A stretch of 64,000 nucleotides of DNA. Origin: Rhizodiscina lignyota. Its lineage: Eukaryota. This document shows positions 34,884 to 45,718 of the stretch, piece after piece (the stretch's first letter is position 1; the number at the start of each line of letters is the position of its first letter). The stretch lies in NCBI GenBank assembly GCA_010015805.1, contig ML978125.1, positions 558,001-622,000 on the forward strand, given 5' to 3'. Position numbers and translations under genes: made by a program. The notes beneath the pieces are model-generated. The model saw nothing but the letters and a program-made list of their open reading frames with translations. It ran no database searches and was not told where the DNA came from.

Positions 34884-37276
34884 TCAAGGCGGCGGCCCAT
34901 TAGCGAAGCTCTTCTTCCTCCCAAACACTTTCCTCGTCCTGCTCTTGTCTCTCTTTCCCTTCCCCTTCTCCCTTCCGTCTTTCGTCGACGGCCTCGACCT
35001 CCTCCCCTCATTCGAGCTCGCATCGTCCATGTACTTGTCCTTGTAAATCCTGATTCCCAGTTAGCACTTCAACCCTACACTCCAAACAAAAGCAGAAAGG
35101 TGCAAGCATACCAACTATTCCCCGCCATACTCATCCCCCTCCTCTCCGCCTCCCTATACAAGCCCGCTGCGCGCTTCAAATCCTTCCGACACCCCACTCC
35201 TTCCGCATAGCAAAACGCCGCCTCGGTCAGCGCATCCGCATCGCCCCAATTGCCCGCGACCTCGAAGCAGCGCAGTCCCAGCGCGCGGTCCTGCCGCACC
35301 CCCCATCCGTTCATGTAGCTCATGCCCAGCTCGTACACGCTCAGCGCGAACTGCGCCTTGTGCGTCTTGCGGTCTGATAGCACGGTGGGGTTTGCTTGGC
35401 CTCCGCTGCGCTTGATCAAGTCTTCGTCGTCCGCGCATTCGAGCTGCGCCGAGTCGACGGCGCGCTGGAGCCAGCGCACGCCTTCGGCTTGTGAGGCGCG
35501 CATGCCCCAGCCGTGACGGCAGGCGAGCGCGTACAGCAACATGGCAGTAGCGTGGCCGGCTTTCGCGGCGATACGGAGATGGTAGGTGGATTCTTGGAGG
35601 GAGCCGGCTTCGTGGAGTTCGATGCCTTTTTGGAGGTGCTGCTCGGGCGTTAGTTCTTGGGCGGTGGGCTCCAGCTGGGTAGGTCTGAGTTGCGCTTTGA
35701 TGGTACTGGCGTCGGAAGAGGTCGTGATTGATGCGTTGCTGGGTGCGATGGAGCGGATCGTTTTGGTCTTGTCGGGGGTGGCGGAGGGAGTTGTGGAGGG
35801 AGTGGAGTGGGTTTGCTTGTGGAGAACGCGGCGCTGGCGGGGGGAGCCGGTGCTGTCGGATGCTTGGTGGATTTGGCGAGGCTCTTCGAAGGAGACGCTT
35901 GTCTGGATGGGGAGGAATGGCGGCGAGTCTTCTACGTTAGGAGTGTGAAGACGGCGGTTATCTGGTGAAGGCGAGCGGCTGAGGGAGATGCGACTATTCT
36001 CGAACGAGTCGGACCATTCGAACTGCTTGAGAATGAAGTCTCCAGGCGCAATCGATTCCCTATTCATAGCTCTTCCGCGAGGCAACGCATATTTAGTGTA
36101 TGTATATGCTTCCACTTGGGCAGGGTTTACATCCGAGTCGCCTGTGAAAGAATCCTCGCTGGCTATGGTGAGGGGAGTCTTGGGCATCTCGTTTGACATG
36201 GGAGTCAATGGGCTGTCACCGGTATTTTGCCTTGAAGGCACGTCCAATGACGGGCGCGTGCTAGTGCTGTCCATGGTACCTTGGCGGTACGAAATGCTGG
36301 TTTCGTTGGTGCCTCTATGATCCAGAGAAGGCCGGCTCGTTGAACTCATTGGTCGTGAGAAGTTGAAAGACGGTCGCGGCGCACTGGTCCAGGAGCTTGC
36401 TGAAGCAGCGGATGGTGATCGAGGTAAGGGTACTGCGTAAGGGATGGCCGGAGAATGCGATCTCGAATAACTAGAGTTTGTCGATGGTTTTCGGGGAGGC
36501 AGAGAGTCTAATGATCCGGCCATGGAGAAAGGCTCGACGTCATCTGAGCTGTCGTAGACTGATCGGATGCTGGGAGAATGCTTGAGAGCATTCATCTGCA
36601 TGGGTGACCTGGGAGGCCTAAGACTCTGGTTTGGAGACGTCACAGAGTCAATTGACAATGAGTCGAAATTTGCAGGTGGCGATATTGCCATTCCTTCCAG
36701 GCGCGAACTGGGTGTCGTTGGAGTCGGGTTGACGATGCGAGTCTCGATTGGCTCTGGCGACACAGCTCTTGGAATATCAAAGTAACTCATAGGCTGCCTC
36801 GTCAACTGTGGCGGCTCGGTCTCCTCTTCTCCAATGCCAGATAAGACAGGCTTGTGGTTCTGCTTGGGAAATGAACCATCATCATTATTGCCTTCGATAG
36901 TCGGATACTGTGACCTTGGGCGAATATCAAGTGGCGACTCATTCAGCTTTCCAGTATTTGGCGTATCATCGGCAGGCGACTCAACCGCGCTGGACGTTTC
37001 AGACGATGTCGACCTGAAGTACCCAGGCCTCTTCGCAAACTCATTTTGGATAGTGAGGGGAGGCAGCCTGCTTATCCTTCGTCCATTCTGCTGCTCTTCC
37101 TCAAACTTCCTCGCCAGCAGGCGACTCTGAAGAGCAAAGGCATCAAGGGGCGACAGCGCAGGCGGAATGTCGCCAGTCTTTGGCGGTGCGAGGTCGCCAG
37201 GTGATTGCGTGGGTATTCGATGCTCGTTGAAGGATGTGCCGGTGAGGTCGAGGTTTCTCGGTCGCTCGAGGACCAT
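34884..37276 (-). CDS. Sel1-like-repeat protein (Dsf2 / S. pombe Nif1-like), 2 exons
   Basis: A long Ser/Pro-rich N-terminus precedes SLR repeats: HLQKGIELHEAGSLQESTYHL, LYALACRHGWG, YELGMSYMNGWG and GNSW|IYKDKY. The last exon ends with TGA at 34884-34886. Confidence 0.88.
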
Positions 37277-38563
37277 TGTGACGTCGATGGTGGTGAGATC
37301 GTGAAGAAGGGTAATTAGGGCAAAGAGTGTGGTTCAGCGACCGACGGCGTTCTCGAGACGTCGCTGCTTCCGCGGTCGTACTCGTTAGGCGTCGGTCGCG
37401 GGTCGGTCGAGTGCGCTGAGTGTATGGCGTGGTTGTGGTGAAGGAGAGTGCTGGAGGTGAAGAGGTGCTTCTTCGCGGACCCTGCAGGACGCTGACATGG
37501 ACGCTTGCAGCGCGTGGGAGAGGCTGAGCTTGTCTTCGTCCAGTGGCGAGAGCGGGTCGTTGGGCTGTCAGACGTTTAAGCTGCGAAGACGGGGAAGGGA
37601 GTGGGCAGACGACAGGGGCGTGTTTCGACTGCTGCGCTGAAGATAGATGCTGGCAGCGGCGCAGCGCGAGCGATTGACAGGCGGCGGATTAAGGATGTCG
37701 GTGAGTGGAAGATTTGAGAGCGTCCGCTGTCGTCGCGGTGGAGGCTCGGGGAAGTGCAGTGTCTTTCGTCAGTCAGTTGGCAGGACTCAGGAGGTGCTTG
37801 CTTGTTGCGTGCTGCCTTTCGCCTTCCTCGTCACGGGCAGCGCAGCGCGGCCCCTGTTCCTTCCAGAACAAAGCGTCGCCCAGTTTCACAGCAGGGAAAT
37901 TGGCCGGCCGCCCAATCACCGCATTCACGCAAGCAGAGCCAGCTCGCATTTGACGGGCGAGATGAGGAAATGGGCCATGTGAGCGACTTCATCTGCGCTG
38001 CTCGCCCTCTCTGCCACTCTCTGCGCGCTCTTTCCCTCGGTGCCTCGCCCTAACTTCTTTCGGCTCGGGGGCGATTTTAGCGCGGCTGCCCCAGACCGAG
38101 TGGTGCCTTCCACGCGCAGATAAAAATATGCGCCACTGTCGTCGCCGGGAAGGTGCTGCAGGCGCTGTTCCTGCATCCAGACCCCGACGATCACCCTCGC
38201 CGCTCTGCACTTCGTGAGATCCACCACGCTCACGTCAAAGGCCCGCCGGAAATGCGGATGCGGAGCGTGGAACATACTGCATTACAGTATCTGAGTGAAG
38301 AGCATTCCTTCGCCGCCCAATCCCACGTTCTAGGCCAGCTCTAAACATAGCCACCAACAGAAGTCGTCACTGTGCTTTGCTACCCGCCGCCGCTCACGCA
38401 TAAGCATGAAGCGATACATGAGATGGTCCTCGCCGATCTGCAGATGCAGAGATAAACCTACATAACCGCCAGGATCTACTATCAGAAAATCTTCCGGCCC
38501 CTCCCGCCGCTTCCGCTCCGCCCTTCTCGGACGATGCGCTCAGAAGTCTTGCCAATTGATCGC

Positions 38564-40027
38564 TCAACTGATCGTCGTGCTCCGCTCAACCTTCTCCCAA
38601 GCCGCCACACTGTCCTCCATCCGCGCCTGCGCCACCTCATCCAGGGACACTCGCCGCATCCCGAGAATCCATCCGACCAGGCCACCCGGAACGAAGCGCC
38701 CAACCAAATCGTAGATAAGGCTGCCCCGGCCCACTCGTACCACCTGTTGTGGATACCGCTGCGTCAAGTTGTCGAACACGGCGTGATGCAACTCGCGCAG
38801 TGAGCTTCCTTTCGGCGAGCTGCCACTCTCGGTGAAAATGCCATTGTTCATGCCGATGCGTCCTTGCGAGAGGAAGTTCTGCGCGTAGAGGTTGCGCGCG
38901 GAGAGTGGCCACATTAGAGTTGCGCTGCTGGATAGAGGCAGCATGTGTGTTCTTTCGCCGATGGTGCTGCAGTCGAATGAGCCGAGACGGAGCTGCGTTA
39001 CTGGTATGCCGAGTGTTCCAAGCTCCCGTTGTAATGTGTGTGTGAACCCTTCCAATGCTCCAACGACGGCGGTCTCCACGCCATGGAATGCAGGCCTGAG
39101 TGATGGGACGATACTCGGTGTGAGGACGAGGACGCGAGCCTTGTGCGCACAGACTGTAGGGAGAAAGGCTTGCGTCGTCGCCACAGTGCCTACCACCTTC
39201 GCGGTCAGTGCATCGGACCAGAGCTCTGCTGATACCGTCTCAATCGGTCCTGACGGGTAAACGAGATCCGGGACGAGTACAAGTCCCGTGAATTGTAAAT
39301 GACGACTCGTGCCGTCGCCGTGCGGTGTGGCCAACAGCTGATTGAACCGCTCAATCGCAAGCTGCGACGTCAAAGGCTGCATATAACCAGTTAGCACGAT
39401 TTGGTGCTCTCTTGCCTTCAAATCATTCTCCTTACCTCAACGAGTTCCAAATTCAACGGCCTGACATCCCCTCGCGCCAACTCATCCACCTCCTGCTCCT
39501 CCTCTACACTGTGCACCACCACGTACACAATGAACCCGCGCTTCTCCAAATCCATCGCCAAAGACTTCGTGACTGCTGCACTCGCCGGCCCCGCTACAAC
39601 CACAACCTCCTTCCGCGCTCCATTCCCCGCCCTCTTCGCCCGCCTACTCCTCCTCCTAACATTCCTCTGGTAATACACCAGCACCGCGCCCGTGCCAAAG
39701 AACGCGACAATAGCAGCTGTGAGGGCGCGATTACGCGATATCCATACTCCTAAACGCTCGAAAAGCGTGGTAGGCACGGGGAGAGGTGGTGCTTGGGGCT
39801 TGGGACGCGCGGACTCGGGCAGCCAGGGCGAGTTGGAGAGGGTGGAGCGGATTTTCGAGGCGAGGAGGTCGATTTGGCGGTCTGTTGCTTCGGCTGCCTC
39901 AGTGGAGAATTTGCGGATGTCTTTGGAGACGGAAGAGAGCTGTGGAAGGTGAGCTTAGACTCGTACGAGAGTTGGAGGGGGGAAAGCTACTGACGAGGTC
40001 GAGGAAGTGCTGGTCGTCGCTGGTCAT
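38564..40027 (-). CDS. DUF1776-family fungal protein (SDR-like fold), 3 exons
   Basis: Starts MTSDDQHFLD; has a TM segment, RRAKRAGNGARKEVVVVAG, SLAMDLEKRGFIVY, YPSGPIET, LRELHHAVFD and VGRGSLIYDLVG. Confidence 0.8.
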
Positions 40028-40310
40028 TGTGATGGTTACTGTGTATGATTAAAGTAATGGAATTGGCAAGAAAAGGGGAATATGAAGAAGAAACGGAGAA
40101 AAGGGTCGCCAATATGTTATTGATATACAGGCCCAGTCCCGATCACGATAATGATAAAGAATGGGATGATGCTGAGTGATGGGGCAGCCCTGTGTCCAAA
40201 AAAACGTGGCGTGACGCGCTAGGATCAAGCCGTTCCTTTTCGGGAGCTTGCATTTCCTTTCCAACGCGCCGTCATCTCCACACTACGCCCTTTTCGAGCA
40301 AATCTCCAAG
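40028..40310. promoter_or_regulatory. Compact bidirectional promoter (DUF1776 / ORC3) with ACGCG MCB-like cores
   Basis: 283 nt separate the divergent ATGs. GACGCG occurs at about 40214 and AACGCG at about 40263; neither is a full ACGCGT. Confidence 0.4.
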
Positions 40311-42618
40311 ATGGACCACGAAAAATGCTTCGTCTTCGAGCCAGAAGACGAACATCCAACGAAGAAGCGGAGAATTGGATCTGATGATTGGATAAATACG
40401 TGGAAGCTGAGAAAAGAGCTCTACGAACAGTTTTGGGCGCATCAACGCTCGAAAATTGAGGTACATAGGTTTTGTCCTTGTATGTTTATAGCCACTGACA
40501 TGTGCGTAGAGCGTTCTTAACAGAGCAAATGAAGAAACTGTCACCAAAGTCTTGGGTTTCATCACGAGCTCCAAGGCTCCAGAATCATCGAAACTCCCAG
40601 CTGGCCTAATCTCAGCTGGACCCAACATTGCTTCTCATGGCGCATTATTCCGCCAGATAGCGACCAAATTGGGAGCTGCTGATGCCACTATCTTTGTGGC
40701 TTTGACCTCGAGCGAGTGTTCGAATCTCAAGTCTCTCTTGAAGAGCTTGATTGTTAAAGGGACGACTCTGGGCGACGACGAAGAAGATGACGCTCAAACA
40801 CCCCATCGAAAAGGACCAAAGCTACTCAACTATGACTTGCAACTCCTTCATGACCATGTCAAGCAGAACGCAATCGAGACTGTTGTGATAACTTTCCAGG
40901 ACACAGAAGCCTTCGACGGTCATGTACTGTCCGAGACTATCGAGCTCTTCGGACTGTGGCGTAACAGAATCCCATTCGTGATACTTTTCGGCATCGCTAC
41001 ATCTACAGACGCTTTTCAAGACCGGCTTTCACGCTCGGCACTGCGGTGTCTCCAGGGAAAAGAGTTCGATGTCGTCCAGACGGACGATCTGTTCGAACAA
41101 GTCTTTCTAACCACCATTGACGGCAACGAGAGGCACTTGTGGATTGGACCAGAACTCATGAGTACGTTTCTAAATCGGCAAAAGGATCACGCCCAGAACG
41201 TCACCGAGTTCATCGATGCCTTGAAAGTATGTTAACCTCACCGAACATCTCCACATTGCGCTGATCATGGCAGTATGCACACATGTGCCATTTCTTCGCC
41301 AATTCTGTAAGCATATTGATGTCCACCGAGGCACATGGCAAAGTGGAGATTTCTCGCCATCTCTGCTACACCTTGCGACACCTGCCCTCTTTCGAAGTGT
41401 GCGTATCTTCCTCTTTAAATGCGAACAATACTTTCAGAGAATCTAGGGGCTTTTTGGTACCTCGACCCGACAGACCTCCCCTCAGTATGCGGCATTATTT
41501 GTTTGATGATGTTGCGCTCGAACGGCTGCTCAACGACACCATGGTCTACAGAGACACCCATTCATTTCCCGACATGGTACGCGCGTTGCGAATGATACGT
41601 GTCATACTCTCGAAGATGCCGAGATACGCTCACCACAAACTGTCGGCCCTGTACACAATGATGATTGGCGGAAATCTCTTGGACTCCCCCATGGTCAAAG
41701 AGATGATTGCGTTCCTGAAGCGAGCACCGTCGAACGTGCTTCTCGAAATACTAAACGATACCATCGGTTTGCTTGTGCTGCATCAAGTCGAAGATGCCTA
41801 CTATTTCGAGACCCGTGACGAGCTTCAAAAGCTCATCAACGACGCTAAAGCCACCGATGCTCCTTTACGCAGCGCGTTTGATGAGCGGAACGAAACTCTA
41901 AGGACTACCGTTATAGCGAAGAAAGTGGAGCTCAGCAAGCAGAAAGCCACGCTATCGAAGAACGACGAGGCATACTCTCAGATTCTGCAACGCTTTACTG
42001 CACGCTTGGACGAGTGGTTGGTTATGACCCTATTCTATCCCGACGAGCTCATGTTCGCAGAGGTCTTCATCTACGACATCAAGTCTCCGTATCGAGCTGC
42101 GTTCTCTCCCAAGACGCGCTTCGCTGTCGAACGCGCCTTGAGCTCACCGCGTGACTACCTCGAGTATGAGTATGACTGCTACGACCTTTCGGAAGAAGAA
42201 TGCGAGAAACGTGAGGTATACCTTTCTACCTCTCTGCAGAATAGCTCATAGCTTATCACCCGCTTACTAAACTGCAAAACAGGCTGCAAAAGAGGCTGCA
42301 GAAGAGGCTCGAGACGCTGCGCTATCAGCTGCAGCGCCCGCAACGGCGATTATGTACCAGCTCTATCTCGAGTCGGGCGCTTTGATGAACGCGAGCGATC
42401 TGTACTCTGCGTATCATGCGATCCTGGAGGAGAAGACGGATGATGAGGAGCTGATCAAGTAGGTCTTTCACAAGTGGGTACAATTTGGAGCGATGGACTG
42501 ACATGGTTTTAGGGCTTTGTTCCAGCGCTCACTGGCAGAGCTGAAGTACATGGGATTCATCAAGGACACGAAGAAGAAGGTGGATCATGTTGCTAAAGCT
42601 GCGTGGAGTGGTCTTTGA
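40311..42618 (+). CDS. ORC3: Origin recognition complex subunit 3, multi-exon
   Basis: Motifs MDHEKCFVF, LPAGLISAGPNIASH, KLLNYDLQLL, RIPFVILFGIATS, RFAVERALSSPRDYL and ATAIMYQLYLESGALMN, ending ALFQRSLAELKYMGFIKDTKKKVDHVAKAAWSGL*. Confidence 0.92.
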
Positions 42619-43874
42619 GTTGCTAGGTGGGTAAGATGGCCACCTCTTCTGCCTGAGGGCCAAAAAGGTGAATGACGAAATGAAAGACTGTGAGAAACCT
42701 CTAGGAGGAGGTATTGAGTGGAGCAATTTGGTGTCGAAACGGAAATGGCCGCCGTACAAGGAGCACTGGTATACGAAGTGACGTTGAAAGCCTCGGCGAA
42801 TACTGCCTGCTCCACAAAGACTCAAGCTCTAATGAGAGCGCGGAGTATACATACTTTGTTTATGACGATAGCAAACTTATCCAGTATACATAATTAGCTC
42901 ATATCTCCCCTGTTGCTTGTGCCTTCCACTCTGTTTCCGTCTCTCGCTTGACCTCCAGATCTGGAACCTGAACGGCCTGATCTCGCATAGCTCTCTGGGA
43001 CTCTCTCGTTCGCTGCTCTTGGCCCTGGAGAACCCAATATGAAGCCTACGACCAGATCTATGTAGATGACAATACATGCGACGGGGAGCAGGATGCGCAA
43101 AAGAGAGCCAAGAGGTACAAGAGATACAAGGCATTCAAGGCACCAAAGGCATTCAAACATTGTCAAAACTAAATCGAGCTCTGATTATCAGTGGAGCTAT
43201 GATACCAGAAGCTGAACCTAAGTTTATATCTTTGTCGCAAGCTGACGCGATCCGCTTCAGTCTGCATTTGGTGATTTGCCTTGGCTGGGCAGCGTTTTGG
43301 AGAATCGGAGAGCACTGGGCAAGCATCAGCATGGCAAACATCATGGCTCGCATAGAGGGCGGTAGAAAGGCAAATAAATGCTCAATTGTCAAACGGCCAC
43401 AATTTCAGCAAATGAGGATATCCTTCAACTCTCTGCTCCCTGTGCGGAGAGGAAATTACACCTTGCATCCCCATGAATTCTGAGCCTTGGCATCATTGAT
43501 ATAATTGCAGTATAGAAGATTACCCATTATAGGGGTTGAATTTAATAGATAAGGTATACTTCTATCAAATACAGAAATTCTAGGTAGGTGATATTCACCA
43601 AAGAAATATCACTTGCCATCTCCTTTGCGCAAGACGATTTGACATGCTGCGTCCGTCTCTGAGAGTGATTTGATCGATCATCGCGGCCATCAGTCTACGG
43701 GTCCAGACTCATCAATGTTACTTATTCAACGTCCAGTATCGATTTAAAATGGCAGATACCGCGATCATGGTTATGAAAATCGTACATGTTTGGTAGCATC
43801 CGCAATCTGAGGACCTTGACCTTGTCCATCGTTCGGAAGGCGAGCCAATCAGGAGCATTTCTTTGACGACACTC

Positions 43875-43927
43875 CACTTCACTTCACTTCACTTTACTTC
43901 ACTTCAATTCACTTCACTTCACTTCAC
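43875..43927. repeat. (CACTT)n pentanucleotide microsatellite, about 10 units
   Basis: CACTT tandem array with two variant units. Confidence 0.9.
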
Positions 43928-44704
43928 ACATAGAATGGACTTTGAGCCCCCTTACTATCTACAAATGATATTCCCATATAACAGCTCAACTAACCGCTAT
44001 ATCCTTGACTATATTAAAAATCAAGTCGCTCAACTGTGGCTCCTTTAGTGATGGTGGTAATGAACTTTAGCAGCTTCACGCACGCACCACTTCACGATAT
44101 CAAGGTTGACTTCAGGCCGTCCAAGTGCTCGAAACGCCATCCTAAACATGATCATGATGAAAGAATTTGTATAGATTACCTTTCGCCCAGGTGATAGTGC
44201 ACGTGGTTCGCAAATATGCCCTGGTCCCCGTGGCCACTCCGATCACCGGCGACTCGGGAGCCATTCACATACTCCAAACTCGTATCATAGTTCCCAAAGC
44301 GGCATGTGTCCCTTGCATTTAGCGCCGGATCGCTCCGAGATCGACGCTAACTGTGCCTCCAGTTTCCAGTTTAAGGTTGCAGCAGCCCAACGCACGGGCC
44401 ATATCGTGATATCAACATTCGATTTTTACTTCGAGTATCATCCCCCCAAGCCAAAAGATGCTGAGAGAAGTTGAATTGAATATCTCCTATGTCTCCTCTT
44501 TACCGGTCGATAGGAATCAGCGCTCGTTGATTGCAGTTCGTGTGCTGATGACTCCTCTTTGCCCGTTGATTTCCGAGACATTTAGTGTCAACCACTAGGG
44601 TAACACCTCGACAGGTGGCAGAAGACACTCATTGGCCCAGCCACCCGAATATCAAAGCATGTCATCCTGGTGCCATTGACGCCACCGCTTTGTAATCAGC
44701 CGCT

Positions 44705-44770
44705 AGGACCAGGTCCTCAAGGTATAAATATTTCTCAACTTCCTTCGCTCTTCCTCTTCTTTTTCTTCAG
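44705..44770 (+). promoter_or_regulatory. Pol II-type core promoter (TATA box plus CT box) with no credible downstream ORF
   Basis: TATAAATA at 44723-44730 is followed by a ~40-nt pyrimidine tract. The palindrome AGGACC-A-GGTCCT lies at 44705-44717. Confidence 0.55.
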
Positions 44771-44774
44771 CACC

Positions 44775-45200
44775 CTCACATCAGCTGTTTGGTCAACGTC
44801 GCCGTTTGGGCGTTAATGAACAAGCCGCCCAAGGTACCTTTCCCTCAGGGTCTGTGTGAGAACCTCGATGTGAGCGAGTCCTCTTATCGAGGCCATTTCC
44901 TGGCTCGTGATGCAATGGGACGCTGTTGCATCGCGGTTCGGGGATGGCTCTCGAGCTCCCTTGAGCGCAGCCAGTATGTGCTACTGCTTCCGGCCATGGT
45001 TGGCATGGGCCAACATGGAGTCGCAGTTTCCTAAACGGCTGGCTTGCGACTCATTGGAGTTAGTTTAGTTGCATGTCTTCTCTTCGCTGTCCAATGTGGT
45101 CTTCTCCCACGTTGTGATGGAACACTTTGCCCCCGACGGGGGGCAGGTCAATCTTTGGAAACCCCCTTTTGAAAAATTCAAATTTTTCACCCTTTTTTTT
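44775..45200 (+). ncRNA. Candidate structured non-coding RNA, class unassigned
   Basis: At least 8 consecutive hairpins, including a 25-bp stem with 7 G-U pairs. There is a possible 5'/3' closing helix, an Sm-like AATCTTTGG and a terminal T8. No credible ORF. Confidence 0.55.
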
Positions 45201-45718
45201 CATTGCTTCTTTCGCCTTGCGCGGGAGGATGAGGAAGAAAAATGGGACTTGATCAGGACAGTCTTCGACTTGCGCCAAATTTCACTTACTCTGAAATGAT
45301 ATGTACTCTATGGCTTACTTACTCGAGCAGAGTTGCTGATGATGGTTGTTCTGTGAGGCAAGTTGAGCGACGTTCCTTGGCTGGACGTTTTGCCTTCCGT
45401 CCTAACCGGATTTGGAGAATGCGACATCTTGAACTACTCGGCATGGTGCAAGTAAGCCTTTTCACAAAGGAGATAAATCTTCTCAGTATTCTGCAATATA
45501 TGTATAATCGAGAATTAGGTCCTGGTTGCGAGAAACGCTGTTGGCTGCTGCGCCGAATTTCACAAGTGTCCCGGGGTCGTCTCTGCAAGTTGCGGCAGCC
45601 TTCTCATTCGGGTCTAGCTACAGCGTGCCAACGCCAACATTGCCTTAGTGGCAGGAGAAGTGCATAATATATTCAGTAAATGCATGTTTCCAATGTACAA
45701 GGATGCTTTTGTTTCCCT

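Noticed and set aside
34158..34903. ORFs of 126-173 aa downstream of the Sel1-repeat gene
   Set aside because: Better explained as that gene's U-rich 3' UTR; no protein motifs.
45244..45270. GGACTTGATCAGGA resembling part of a TPP riboswitch or RNase MRP CR-V
   Set aside because: The required partner motifs (upstream CTGAGA and the downstream AGCG-type junction, or GAAAGTCCCC) are absent.
45060..45299. 72-aa and 76-aa ORFs overlapping the candidate RNA
   Set aside because: They have non-ATG starts and their composition is driven by homopolymer runs; no motif is present.
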